The notes under the pieces: generated by a model | Told to the model about the DNA's origin: nothing | Database searches by the model: none | The model's input: only the letters and a program-made list of their open reading frames with translations | Translations under genes and position numbers: made by a program | Virus record (IMG/VR): IMGVR_UViG_3300025418_000011 | Source of the DNA: a virus | DNA length: 64,000 nucleotides | Direction: 5' to 3' (one strand) | In this document: positions 1-9,762 of the stretch, piece after piece | Numbering within the stretch: the stretch's first letter is position 1 | How the letters are laid out: each line of letters opens with the position of its first letter

Positions 1-1
1 A

Positions 2-544
2 GACGTTGAGAAGGTTAAGTCGAAGTTCTCTTTCGATATTGTGTCGTTTGAGGTTAAGCTGCCCACGGAGTTTTCTAATGTGGACATACATACGGAAATT
101 GGCCGTGAGCAGGCAAACAACGAAGCAAAGGTTGCAGCAGCCAGAAAATACAGGGAGGAATATTCAAATCAACTCAGCACTCATATGAGCAAAATCAATG
201 AGTTTGTTGGCGATGTGATTGATACCCTGCGTTCAAAGGTTGTAGAGCATTGCTCTGTTGTGTTGGAAAAAATCTCCAAAAAGGAGGTTGTTTCAGAAAC
301 CAATATCAAGACGCTGATGAAGCACATCAATGAGTTTCGTGATCTTAACTTCATAGAAGATAAGAACATCGAGGCAGAGCTTAGCAAGGTTGAAAACCTG
401 CTTAAGGGAAATAAGGACCTGGCTAAAGACAAAGATGCCGTTAAAGAACTGCAGTCTATGCTTACTGGGGTAATCACAGAGGCTAAAAATGTTAGCGATG
501 TGGCTAACATCTCCGGGGAGTATTTCCGCAAGCTGGAAGTATAA
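2..544 (+). CDS. DUF3150-like protein, C-terminal part (5' truncated by window)
   Basis: Frame open from base 2 (DVEKVKSKFSFDIVSFEV...); helical C-terminus and neighbourhood (DUF1257, DUF2997) typical of DUF3150. Confidence 0.6.
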   Translation, partial: DVEKVKSKFSFDIVSFEVKLPTEFSNVDIHTEIGREQANNEAKVAAARKYREEYSNQLSTHMSKINEFVGDVIDTLRSKVVEHCSVVLEKISKKEVVSETNIKTLMKHINEFRDLNFIEDKNIEAELSKVENLLKGNKDLAKDKDAVKELQSMLTGVITEAKNVSDVANISGEYFRKLEV

Positions 545-545
545 T

Positions 546-875
546 ATGTTTAATAAAGAGGAGAATGTGTTAGACCTACCCTCATTTGATATGCTCTGGA
601 TCTCCTTTAGGGGGGATCCAGAGAACATATTTAGCTTAATAATTCCATATTGTGAGGTGAGCAACGGAGAGGTAAGAGCTATATCTCACGATAACATATC
701 AATACTCGCGAAAGAGGAGATGTTTGACATCCCTCCTGACGAGTTTAAAGAGATTATTGAAAATTCTCTAAACACCTGCTGGGAAGAACAGGGGTTTAAG
801 AGAAAAAAGATAATCAGATTAAGTGTGCAACCTGCAAAAACAAATAAAGTAATACAAATACCGATAAACACATGA
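546..875 (+). CDS. hypothetical protein
   Basis: ATG at 546 immediately after upstream stop; overlaps next ATG by 4 nt. Confidence 0.6.
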   Translation: MFNKEENVLDLPSFDMLWISFRGDPENIFSLIIPYCEVSNGEVRAISHDNISILAKEEMFDIPPDEFKEIIENSLNTCWEEQGFKRKKIIRLSVQPAKTNKVIQIPINT

Positions 876-1261
876 GTCATTCAGTAAAAATTAAAACAAA
901 GTTTAAAAACAAGCGATTGTTGCTTAATACATTCGAAAACATGGGTTGGAAGGTTGTAGAAAACCAGGTATGCACCACTTATCCCACAGACCCAAGCAGG
1001 AATGTGGTGCACCAATATGTAGCCCTGAACCCATCCCCTATGGGATATGATGTAGGCATAGATATCAATAGTGACGGTGAAGCACAGTTTACCTGCGACT
1101 TTTACGATTCATCTATCGCAAAACAGCTAGGTCATAACTTGCAATATATTAAACAGAATTATTCATTAGCTGAAGTAAAGCAGTTCATGAATGAGGAGGA
1201 TTTGAACTACAAAGTGGAAACATTATCCACAGGAGAATTAAAAATAATCGCAACCAAATAA
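872..1261 (+). CDS. DUF1257/Ycf35-like protein
   Basis: MSHSVKIKTKFKN...MGW...YDVG...CDFY...QNYS pattern. Confidence 0.7.
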   Translation: MSHSVKIKTKFKNKRLLLNTFENMGWKVVENQVCTTYPTDPSRNVVHQYVALNPSPMGYDVGIDINSDGEAQFTCDFYDSSIAKQLGHNLQYIKQNYSLAEVKQFMNEEDLNYKVETLSTGELKIIATK

Positions 1262-1279
1262 ACCCAACCAAAAACAAAT

Positions 1280-1543
1280 ATGAACAGCAACGAATTCGAA
1301 TCCATCTCAACGCAGCTCGAAAAGTCCATCGTGGAAACACTCTACAACGAGTGCCAACCATATCCACCCGCCAAGGTGTATGTTCACCGGCATACCCTGG
1401 TGCCTGAGAAGTCACCAGGTTGGGCCAGAGCTAAGGTTACGTATGTGGTGTATTGCCCAGGGGAGAAAACACACTCCGTAAATATTCGTTTCCAACACGA
1501 CAAAACCGGCAGGTTTATTCGTAACTCTATGCAATATGTCTAA
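1280..1543 (+). CDS. hypothetical protein
   Basis: 87-aa ORF with A/C-rich leader and C-ending codon bias. Confidence 0.65.
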   Translation: MNSNEFESISTQLEKSIVETLYNECQPYPPAKVYVHRHTLVPEKSPGWARAKVTYVVYCPGEKTHSVNIRFQHDKTGRFIRNSMQYV

Positions 1544-1733
1544 GAGTATTGTTTTCATTATAGATAAAACCGGCAACGTAAAAGTCGACAAGGTAGAGGG
1601 TTACGGATCCGGTTGCTTAGAGGCAACAAAACTCATTGAGGATAGGCTCGGTGGTGCTGAGGAAGGCACCAGAGAGATGACAGAGGAATACAATGAGCCT
1701 ATTCAAAACAAAGATAACCAAATAGAGTTATAA
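1536..1733 (+). CDS. DUF2997-like protein
   Basis: IVFIIDKTGNVKVDKVEGYGSGCLEATKLIEDRLG...TEEY pattern. Confidence 0.75.
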   Translation: MSKSIVFIIDKTGNVKVDKVEGYGSGCLEATKLIEDRLGGAEEGTREMTEEYNEPIQNKDNQIEL

Positions 1734-1734
1734 T

Positions 1735-2007
1735 ATGCGCAGCGTTATCTATATAGACAGCGAGGGAAACCTCTCTGGACTATCAGATAACCTTTTCGAC
1801 AAGCTTGCTACCCTCGGTCAGAGGGTAGTCAAGCGAGTCTCTAACATAGAATTCAATCCAAGAATCCAAATGTGGGAGGCAAAAGATCTAAAAGGGAATG
1901 TGATAGGAACACATCAATTCAGGGAAAAACTCATTGAGATAGAGAGAGACTACCTAAACACACAAATAGAAAATAATTATGGAGCGAATAATGACAAGCT
2001 TCCTTAA
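1735..2007 (+). CDS. small conserved protein of the DUF1257/DUF2997 module
   Basis: IYIDSEG...LG...KRVSNIEFN...QMWEA...F...E..IE.E pattern; adjacent to DUF2997. Confidence 0.55.
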   Translation: MRSVIYIDSEGNLSGLSDNLFDKLATLGQRVVKRVSNIEFNPRIQMWEAKDLKGNVIGTHQFREKLIEIERDYLNTQIENNYGANNDKLP

Positions 2008-2371
2008 AAAGGAAGAAATAATCAGAGGTAATGTTACCGAGGTATTAGCTGTGGAGTTAGTCAAGAACCGTAATGAAATCTATTATGTTTTTGAAAACTC
2101 TCTATGTGGACGCACGGGAAATTACAGCAAGACCGAAATATTAAAAGTTTGGATGGATGAGGAGCTAGCCAGGGACATGTATAATCTTTCCCTGGAGAAT
2201 AAGACATCCAAGGGGTATACATTTGTAGAAGATGGGGATAATCTATACGGCCTAGCCCATATGCTTGACTATACCCAAGAATATGTGGATAGTGATAATG
2301 CTGTCGCACCCGGCAGACCTAATACACAAAAGATAGTTTTCACGGAACAACACAGAAAATTAGAAGCATGA
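1991..2371 (+). CDS. hypothetical protein
   Basis: ORF with ATG at 1991; stop overlaps next ATG (ATGA). Confidence 0.6.
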   Translation: MTSFLKKEEIIRGNVTEVLAVELVKNRNEIYYVFENSLCGRTGNYSKTEILKVWMDEELARDMYNLSLENKTSKGYTFVEDGDNLYGLAHMLDYTQEYVDSDNAVAPGRPNTQKIVFTEQHRKLEA

Positions 2372-3462
2372 GATTTTTAGCAATATCCGACGAGCATTTG
2401 GGGAGTAAGCTGTATAACTTTCAAGAGCTAGAAAATGACTGCAGAGCTCTATTCTCTAAGACCATAGACTTGGCCATAGAGTTAAAGGTAGATTATCTGG
2501 TTAGCGTGGGTGATCTTTTCGACAACAACAAGCCATCGTCAGAGACCATAGACTTTGTGGCCTCAGAGCTACGCAGGCTGCGCTCGGCTAGTATACGCCC
2601 ATTAGGTATTGCTGGAGACCACAGCAAGCCTGTGGATGGAGTTACATGGGAAAAGATCGCAGGATTCGATCCTATAAATTCAGAGCCTGAGTTTGTGGGA
2701 ATAGACTATAATGATAATCCGCAACATGTGATAGATTTATTGAATCAGGAATTAAACAGCAGACCCACAAACTCTGTTAAGTTTATATTCCTGCACCAAC
2801 AAGTACCAGAGCTATTCTTCTTTATCTCCGAAAAGAAAAAGGTTTCTATCAAAGATATAGATTTCTCCAACCAATGCGGGTCTATACAAGCCATATTCTT
2901 GGGAGATATACATAAGAGACTGGAAATGTGGTATCATGACCCTGTTTGCGATAGAAAGATATTCGTTGGCTATTGTGGAAGTCTGGGTGTGACTGCCGCA
3001 GACGAAACAAGCAAAGACGGAATCTATTACTGGAATGAGGATAAACTGGATCTGGTAGAATATGAGCTGCCTAGGAAGTTCATAACACTGAATATAGATA
3101 AAGATAACATAGATAGCTTTGCTCCTTCTGAATATGCAAACTATATGTATGAGCAAAATCGTCCTGTGTTTCTTTGCAAATATACTTCAGAGGTATCCGG
3201 ACAGCTAGACAAGCTCCAGTTTTTGTACAAACTTGGAATAGTTAAATTCACCAGAATCAAGTTAGATAAAAACAATCAAGAAGAGTGCGTTAATATCAGA
3301 TCTGAGCTTAAAACCACAGACAGGATATCTCAAGTATTGCATGAGCTTACTAACGGTAAAGAAGAAGCTGATGCCTTATATAACACAGCGGTAAAGCTTT
3401 TAACAGAGGATGATCCAGCTAAAATACTGGACGAACTAAAAGCACAATTATTAATTAGCTAA
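2368..3462 (+). CDS. Mre11/SbcD-like (gp47-like) recombination nuclease
   Basis: Metallophosphoesterase motifs SDEHLG, GDLFD, GDH, LHQ, GDIH, YCGS; upstream of a Rad50-like ATPase. Confidence 0.9.
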   Translation: MRFLAISDEHLGSKLYNFQELENDCRALFSKTIDLAIELKVDYLVSVGDLFDNNKPSSETIDFVASELRRLRSASIRPLGIAGDHSKPVDGVTWEKIAGFDPINSEPEFVGIDYNDNPQHVIDLLNQELNSRPTNSVKFIFLHQQVPELFFFISEKKKVSIKDIDFSNQCGSIQAIFLGDIHKRLEMWYHDPVCDRKIFVGYCGSLGVTAADETSKDGIYYWNEDKLDLVEYELPRKFITLNIDKDNIDSFAPSEYANYMYEQNRPVFLCKYTSEVSGQLDKLQFLYKLGIVKFTRIKLDKNNQEECVNIRSELKTTDRISQVLHELTNGKEEADALYNTAVKLLTEDDPAKILDELKAQLLIS

Positions 3463-3463
3463 A

Positions 3464-3805
3464 ATGAAAAACACCACAGTTAAAAATTTGTTACCATCGA
3501 AAGATGTATACCTGCAGTTTGATGAAGAGGAATTGCTTACTTACGGCTGGGAGAAAGGGCAAAAATTCACTCTAGAGACCAGAGAAGACGGTTCTGTTGT
3601 TTTGAGGCCATACGTTAAACTAGAATTGGATTTATCGGAATTCCCTCGTGAAGTCCTGGAGTACTTTGTACGCATTTCTTGCGAGGAAGATAAGAGCGTT
3701 AATGACGTTATAGCTGACGTAATTAGCAGGGGGCTAGAAAAACTAGAGATCCCCAATAAACAAAACAGCAGCGAATCAAAACCTACCAAAAAGAGTAAAA
3801 AATGA
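3464..3805 (+). CDS. AbrB/MazE-like DNA-binding protein with possible C-terminal ribbon-helix-helix
   Basis: YLQFDEEELLTYGWEKGQKFTLETREDGSVVLRP; C-terminal EEDKSVNDVIADVI. Confidence 0.55.
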   Translation: MKNTTVKNLLPSKDVYLQFDEEELLTYGWEKGQKFTLETREDGSVVLRPYVKLELDLSEFPREVLEYFVRISCEEDKSVNDVIADVISRGLEKLEIPNKQNSSESKPTKKSKK

Positions 3806-4338
3806 GCCCAGATCTGGAGCAAAAATTAGTTGAAAACTACCCTGATTTCTTCAGCGGTAGAAACGAACCACTCACACAAAATCTAATGTCATTTGGTTGT
3901 GAATGTGGTGATGGTTGGTATGAGATTATAGATACCTTCTGTAAACTCACGCAGAATACACTCAAGTCCAATCGTAGATATGCTAAGTTAAAACCAGAAT
4001 ACTGTAAGGGTGATCAGGAATTCGATAAATATCCATCTCCTGTATTTAAGTTTTTACAGATAAAAGAAAAGTTCGGAACACTCAGGTTGTACTTTGATAT
4101 TACATATCCAACGCCTCCAGAGAATCACGACACTTTCGAAGAATCTTCAATAGATAAAATCTTCGACGAGGTATGGACAACAATCCACGCATATGAAAAC
4201 TATGCAAGCTACTTGTCTGGTAGAACTTGTGAGGATTGCGGTAAGCCTGGAAAAGTATATCAAGGAGGTTGGTTTAGAACACTATGCCCATGGCATGCGG
4301 AGCAATCAGGTAGATTAGAGAATGAAGAATTACCATAA
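3802..4338 (+). CDS. conserved phage hypothetical protein (Zn-binding)
   Basis: CECGDGWY...QIKEKFGTLRLY...TCEDCGKPG...TLC pattern. Confidence 0.7.
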   Translation: MSPDLEQKLVENYPDFFSGRNEPLTQNLMSFGCECGDGWYEIIDTFCKLTQNTLKSNRRYAKLKPEYCKGDQEFDKYPSPVFKFLQIKEKFGTLRLYFDITYPTPPENHDTFEESSIDKIFDEVWTTIHAYENYASYLSGRTCEDCGKPGKVYQGGWFRTLCPWHAEQSGRLENEELP

Positions 4339-6395
4339 TGGAACTTAAAAAACTAACACTTAAAAATTTCAGAACACACCGTAAGTTAGAGATAGACTTT
4401 AAGAGTGGAATAACTGGGATTGTTGGAAATAACGGCACAGGCAAATCCAGTATTGTGGAAGCCATAATCTTTCTGTTCACGGGGGAAGGTTATGGTTTTA
4501 AAGGTGATATGCTTTCTGTAGGTGAAGAATCTGGCTATGTTATGGGTAACATAATGATTGATGGAAAAGAGGCAGTGTTAGAGAGACACCTCGACACATC
4601 AAAGGTTAACTTTAAATATGACGGAATCACCTATAAAAAGTCAGGAGAAGTTGCCGAGATATGGGATAAGCTGTTCCAAATAGATAAAAATATATTTAAA
4701 AATATCGTTGTGGCCAGACAGGGCGATATTGCATTGCTTTTCTCTGGTGATAACTCTGTGAAAGAAAAGATATTCCAGAAGATATTTCTAGTACCTAATA
4801 CCACAAAGGTAAGAGACACAATATGGAATAAATATATCAAAACCGCTCCTCCTGAATATCCGCTATTGGACGAACCCGCCATACTGCAGGAAATAAAAGA
4901 TATTTCAGAAAGTTCCGCAGATATTAAAAAGACGTTAGATACGCTTGATCCCGACCTTTCTGGCACACATGCAGACTTGATATCTAGATTAAAATATTTA
5001 GACTCCTGTAATCAGGCAGAAGCAGAAAGGAATGTAATTTCTGAAAAAATCGCAGAGTTAGAAAATAATAAACTAGATATTTGCGAAGAAATTAACAAGA
5101 TAGACACAAAGCTTAACTCTGTGGACATCTCTGATATAACTGAAAAGCTGCAGGAGTTGAAAGCCTCTAGACCGCTCTATGAGAATAAAAAGCAGTTAAC
5201 GGATTCTTTGGTTGCTTCTAATAACAAAAAACCCGAAGAAGTACCGCAAGAAGAAATAGCTAGGTTAGCTACCCTCAGGGAGAATCTGAATAAACTAAAA
5301 ACAGAATATGATGTTCTGGCTAAAGACTACAATGACGCTATCCAAACGGTAGACAATTATAAGTCCAAGGGGTTGTTAGACGTGGATAATTGCCCACATT
5401 GTGGGTCGGAATTAAAAGACATAGGCGTGTATATCGCTCATATGGCTGAAAAGGCAGAGGAGATTCATAGCAAGATTCAAGTTATCCAGAAAGAATACAA
5501 CGATATTTCGGTAACTATTAAGGACATAGAGTACAACAAGAATTTATTTGATAGTTGGAAAGCTGATAACGATAAGATATTGGCGGGTCTGGCTCCTTTA
5601 GAAGGTATATCTTTTGATCAAAATGACTATGAGATATACTCGGCAGTAGTTTCTCAATACAACTCCATGAGTTTAGAGAAACAGAAGCTGAGTCAGTCTC
5701 TGCCTTCTATAGAGTCCGGCATCTCTAGCCTAAATATCAAGAAGGCTACTTTGCCTGCATATGATCAGGTAAAAATCTCGATAGAGGTTGAGCAGGACGA
5801 TATACAGCAAAAAATAAATAATATTGTCGGAGCATTAGAAACCAGCAAAGATCTTCAAATAAAACTCGCCAATAATGAAAATATGATCTCCCTGAAAAGG
5901 GGAGAACTGGAAAGAAACGAGAACACCAAGAAACATAACTCCGCAAGGAATAAATATGTTGGTATTCTTAATGACTTGTATGAGATGCTTGCCACATCTC
6001 AATTTCCAAGAAAGCTTATACAGACATATAGCTCAAATGTTTCAGAGTATCTTTCAGAAAATCTAAGAAACTTCAATTTCCCGTATAGGGCAGAAGTTAA
6101 TGATAATTTCGGAATAGATGTTTTTGATGATCAGGGTAGAAAGTTACCTTCTGTGTCAGGCGGCCAGGAAATTATGATAGGTGTGGCATTGCGACTGGCA
6201 TTGCATTCTATGTTCGGAGAGGCTTTCCCTATGATGATATTTGACGAGGGATCGGTTCATCTTTCTCAAGAGTCAAAAAAGAATTATTTTGAAGTCATAA
6301 AGAACATGAATGAGATGAGTAAGCTAAAACAAATAATAATAATCGACCACGATGAAGATTTGATAGATGTGGTGGATAACACTGTAAAATTATGA
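4338..6395 (+). CDS. Rad50/SbcC-like (gp46-like) ATPase
   Basis: Walker A GNNGTGKSS, coiled coil with CPHC zinc hook, signature VSGGQ, Walker B MIFDEG, H-loop IDH. Confidence 0.95.
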   Translation: MELKKLTLKNFRTHRKLEIDFKSGITGIVGNNGTGKSSIVEAIIFLFTGEGYGFKGDMLSVGEESGYVMGNIMIDGKEAVLERHLDTSKVNFKYDGITYKKSGEVAEIWDKLFQIDKNIFKNIVVARQGDIALLFSGDNSVKEKIFQKIFLVPNTTKVRDTIWNKYIKTAPPEYPLLDEPAILQEIKDISESSADIKKTLDTLDPDLSGTHADLISRLKYLDSCNQAEAERNVISEKIAELENNKLDICEEINKIDTKLNSVDISDITEKLQELKASRPLYENKKQLTDSLVASNNKKPEEVPQEEIARLATLRENLNKLKTEYDVLAKDYNDAIQTVDNYKSKGLLDVDNCPHCGSELKDIGVYIAHMAEKAEEIHSKIQVIQKEYNDISVTIKDIEYNKNLFDSWKADNDKILAGLAPLEGISFDQNDYEIYSAVVSQYNSMSLEKQKLSQSLPSIESGISSLNIKKATLPAYDQVKISIEVEQDDIQQKINNIVGALETSKDLQIKLANNENMISLKRGELERNENTKKHNSARNKYVGILNDLYEMLATSQFPRKLIQTYSSNVSEYLSENLRNFNFPYRAEVNDNFGIDVFDDQGRKLPSVSGGQEIMIGVALRLALHSMFGEAFPMMIFDEGSVHLSQESKKNYFEVIKNMNEMSKLKQIIIIDHDEDLIDVVDNTVKL

Positions 6396-6619
6396 GTGAA
6401 CAAGAAAATAATATAAAACAAAACATCGCCTCTTTGATAATCACGACTGCGTCATTGTTTCATGCTTGGAACAGCAGAGACAAAAGTACAAAGTTAACAG
6501 ATATAGCGCAATCTACCGCTAACAGGGTATTGTCTGGCTCAAAACCGAACAATAATCCCAGCAAGCCAAAAAACAAAAACCGTGGAACACAAAAACCTAC
6601 AAAAGCTAAGAACGTATAA
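6392..6619 (+). CDS. hypothetical protein
   Basis: ORF overlapping upstream stop. Confidence 0.5.
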   Translation: MSEQENNIKQNIASLIITTASLFHAWNSRDKSTKLTDIAQSTANRVLSGSKPNNNPSKPKNKNRGTQKPTKAKNV

Positions 6620-6644
6620 CTTAAGCCCTACGGTTAGGGTTATT

Positions 6645-6773
6645 ATGTTCGTAGCAATTTATGTGGGATTGCTTTTAGATAAGCCCTATATAAATTTTAT
6701 ACTGGGTGGACTAGGAGGAATATTGATATACCCCATCATTGAAAGTTTCTTGAGAGAAATCATAGAGGATTAA
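6645..6773 (+). CDS. small membrane protein
   Basis: Two hydrophobic stretches; ATG at 6645. Confidence 0.45.
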   Translation: MFVAIYVGLLLDKPYINFILGGLGGILIYPIIESFLREIIED

Positions 6774-6774
6774 T

Positions 6775-8250
6775 ATGCAGATAGAAATAACCAGGTTTGA
6801 TGGTGGGTTGAGACTAAAGCCGTTTACTCCGTATATGGCCAAGTATCTCAAGTATCATCATAGAGAAATGCAGACTATACAATACAAACGCGACTGTGTG
6901 TTTGTAGAAAAGCTGCTGTACTCTTTGGATAGTGATGGTTATGCATTCACGTTGCCTGGGTTTTTCCATCAATTAACAGGGTTGATTCATAGGAATCATG
7001 ACACATATAACGTGATTGACCTACGGTCAGCCCTGCCCCCTGTGGATTGGGAAAGAATAAAACAGTTCAAACTTAGAGACTATCAGATACCGCTGGTGGC
7101 TGATTTGATAATAAAGGGAGAACAAGACAGTGGAGTAATCAATGCGGCGGGTGGAGTTGGTAAAACCCATATTGCCGCAGTTACTTACGCCGCGTGGAAT
7201 GGCTTAAACACAATATTGGCTATTCCGTTAAAAGAAGTAGTTAGACAAACCTACCAGAAGTTTAAAACATTTTTCCCTGAAAAGCATGTAGGTCTTGTTG
7301 GTGATGGTGTGCATGATGTTAGTAATGACATAACAATCACCACATTCAAAAGCCTCAAGAGTTGCTCACTGGAAAAATGTGAATTATTACTTGTTGATGA
7401 AATGCAATCCGCGGGTAGCCCTACATTTAAGAACTGCATGGAGGTTTTGCGACCTAAACGTGTGTTCGGATTTAGTGCCACCACAGAGGGTTTATTCAAT
7501 AACAGTGATAAGCTATTGGTTGGTTTGTTTGGTGAAGACTTGATTTACTTTCCATACACAGATGCAGAAGAATCAGGAGCTGTTGTGCCTGGGGTTGTGT
7601 ATATGTTAAATATGCCCAAAGACTATGTGTTTGGGGCATACTCATCTATAGAAACCAAGATAAAGCACGGCATCAAGGGCTGTGCTGTTAGGAACGAGCT
7701 GATTGGGCAGGTATGTACTAAGATACCAGAAGGGTGGCAAACTATAATATTTGTGGATCATGTGAAAGATCACTTGATTCCCCTATATAAATATTTACCA
7801 CCAGGTACAAAGTATTTACACAGAGAGTCTAGCAAAAAATCAGTAGGCTCTTTTGCACTAACAAACAAGCAGCAAAAAGATATAGCTCTGGAATTCGCTA
7901 ATAACGAATTTCAAAGATTAATTGCCACAGATGCCTTCAGGGCGGGTGTGGATATTCCTAACTGCAGAGTCGTGATACAGGGAGCAGGTGGATCATCAAA
8001 GGTCGAAGTACTTCAGGAAGCTTTGAGAGGCAGTAGAATACTTACCCAAGAGCAGATAGATAAGTTTGGGTTAACAGAAAAAACCCACTTTATCCTGATT
8101 GATTTTATGGATGACCATGACCCTGTGCTTAACGGAATGGCTAGAAAAAGAATACAGTATTACAAGGAGCAAGGCTGGAAAATAAACGAAGTTGATAGTA
8201 TTGAAGATATTGATTGGCATCAAACCAAGCATATCAAAAAAATCAGGTAA
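6775..8250 (+). CDS. superfamily 2 DNA helicase (UvsW/XPB-like)
   Basis: GGVGKT, DEMQ, SAT, ATDAFRAGVDIP, QxxxRxxR motifs. Confidence 0.9.
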   Translation: MQIEITRFDGGLRLKPFTPYMAKYLKYHHREMQTIQYKRDCVFVEKLLYSLDSDGYAFTLPGFFHQLTGLIHRNHDTYNVIDLRSALPPVDWERIKQFKLRDYQIPLVADLIIKGEQDSGVINAAGGVGKTHIAAVTYAAWNGLNTILAIPLKEVVRQTYQKFKTFFPEKHVGLVGDGVHDVSNDITITTFKSLKSCSLEKCELLLVDEMQSAGSPTFKNCMEVLRPKRVFGFSATTEGLFNNSDKLLVGLFGEDLIYFPYTDAEESGAVVPGVVYMLNMPKDYVFGAYSSIETKIKHGIKGCAVRNELIGQVCTKIPEGWQTIIFVDHVKDHLIPLYKYLPPGTKYLHRESSKKSVGSFALTNKQQKDIALEFANNEFQRLIATDAFRAGVDIPNCRVVIQGAGGSSKVEVLQEALRGSRILTQEQIDKFGLTEKTHFILIDFMDDHDPVLNGMARKRIQYYKEQGWKINEVDSIEDIDWHQTKHIKKIR

Positions 8251-8267
8251 ACTTCATTTGACTATGG

Positions 8268-8297
8268 TGGTGTGGTGGGTTAATTTCCATCACACCA
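8268..8297 (+). terminator. stem-loop between helicase and primase
   Basis: TGGTGTGGTGG / CCATCACACCA inverted repeat; no U-tract. Confidence 0.4.
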
Positions 8298-8314
8298 CAT
8301 CAAATACACACAAA

Positions 8315-9232
8315 ATGGTAAATAGCTACTTACTCAAAAAACTAAAAGACAGGTTTGGAAAAGCCAAGGGTGTGAGTGGAGGTAGCTACAGAGTATGCTG
8401 TCCTACTTGCGATCCCAAGGATTCGAAGAAGATGAAAAGATACATCTCTCCTGGGTGGGCAGTGAGTAATTGCTTTATTTGCGGGCAGATGCTCAAGGTT
8501 AGTGATTTACTCAAAGGAGACGCGCTAGAATTTCAATCATTCTCCTCTTCTGAGGTAGATCAGCAAGAAGATTATCCTCACGCCAAGACTCCACCATACA
8601 CAGATATCGTGGGCTTTGAATCACTAGATGAAAATCATCCAGCGGTGCAATTCTTAAAGAAAGACCATCTCACAAACTTTGAATATTACTTCTATCTGGG
8701 GGTAGGATACATACCTCAATCAGGAGGAATAAATATATCATTTGACTCTGGGTTCAAGATAAACACAGCAGAGAGCATACACTTTCCTATAATACACAGA
8801 GGAGAATATGTGGGATGGCAGCTCAGGTTTATTCCTGGAACATTCAACGGTGATCGCTTGCAGTATATGCGTTACCTCCATCTGTTTCCTAAAGGAGATT
8901 ATCTATTCAACTATGATGTGGCTAAAAAATTCGACCATGTGATAGTTGTAGAGGGGGCAAAAAAAGCTCTCAAGTGCATGAACGCCGTGGCTACATTAGG
9001 TAAGGGCATATCTTCTAATCAAAAACAACTCATACAGGAATGGAAAAAAATAACCATAATGCTTGATGGTGAAGATGCAACACAGGAAAAGGCCAGAGAG
9101 TTGGCGGAAGAATTCAATGCTAACGGCAGGAAGTGTATTAATGTAGATCCTAGAGACTATGGATTCTCCTCTCCTGACGAAGCAACCACAGAGGATTTAA
9201 AGAAAATCATAAAAGACATATGGACGAAGTAG
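8315..9232 (+). CDS. DNA primase (Zn finger + TOPRIM)
   Basis: CCPTCD...CFICG Zn finger; VVEG and LDGED TOPRIM motifs; likely start MVNSY at 8315. Confidence 0.85.
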   Translation: MVNSYLLKKLKDRFGKAKGVSGGSYRVCCPTCDPKDSKKMKRYISPGWAVSNCFICGQMLKVSDLLKGDALEFQSFSSSEVDQQEDYPHAKTPPYTDIVGFESLDENHPAVQFLKKDHLTNFEYYFYLGVGYIPQSGGINISFDSGFKINTAESIHFPIIHRGEYVGWQLRFIPGTFNGDRLQYMRYLHLFPKGDYLFNYDVAKKFDHVIVVEGAKKALKCMNAVATLGKGISSNQKQLIQEWKKITIMLDGEDATQEKARELAEEFNANGRKCINVDPRDYGFSSPDEATTEDLKKIIKDIWTK

Positions 9233-9762
9233 AAGATTCTGAATTGCGAGATTTAAAAGACAGACTAGAGAGTGAATATATCAGGCTGCGTTGTTTGGTG
9301 CAGCCTCACTATATCTATCATTCTGCTCCTGCATTTGAAAAAGCGTTTAAGAAAGCCGCTGTGTTCTGTAAGGCGCACAAAATAACCCCAGAACAATATG
9401 CTATTGCCCTATTGGAGAGCTTGGATGGGCATAGGGAGAATTTTTATCCAAGTTATTTTGGATCCACTTCAGCAAACCAAGTGGCTATAGATTATAGTAA
9501 AAATTTCAGCGTTCCATTAGAGGAACTGTATGAATATCAGAAAGAGATGCTAAGGCACATGGTGCTGGAGATGGGTAGAGATGCCGTATCTACTTTGTTA
9601 AATCCAAGGCTAAGATTTTATGCCTGGTTCAGAATACTAGCCACAAAAGAGCCAGTAAAAGAAATAATCGAAGCTTACAGTGAGGCAGCGCGGAAAGAGA
9701 TGACGGCCGAGCTCTTAACGTTTCTTAAATCCAAACAATTAGACGTAGAAAGAATACAATGA
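9220..9762 (+). CDS. hypothetical protein (between primase and helicase)
   Basis: 180-aa ORF overlapping both neighbours. Confidence 0.7.
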   Translation: MDEVEDSELRDLKDRLESEYIRLRCLVQPHYIYHSAPAFEKAFKKAAVFCKAHKITPEQYAIALLESLDGHRENFYPSYFGSTSANQVAIDYSKNFSVPLEELYEYQKEMLRHMVLEMGRDAVSTLLNPRLRFYAWFRILATKEPVKEIIEAYSEAARKEMTAELLTFLKSKQLDVERIQ

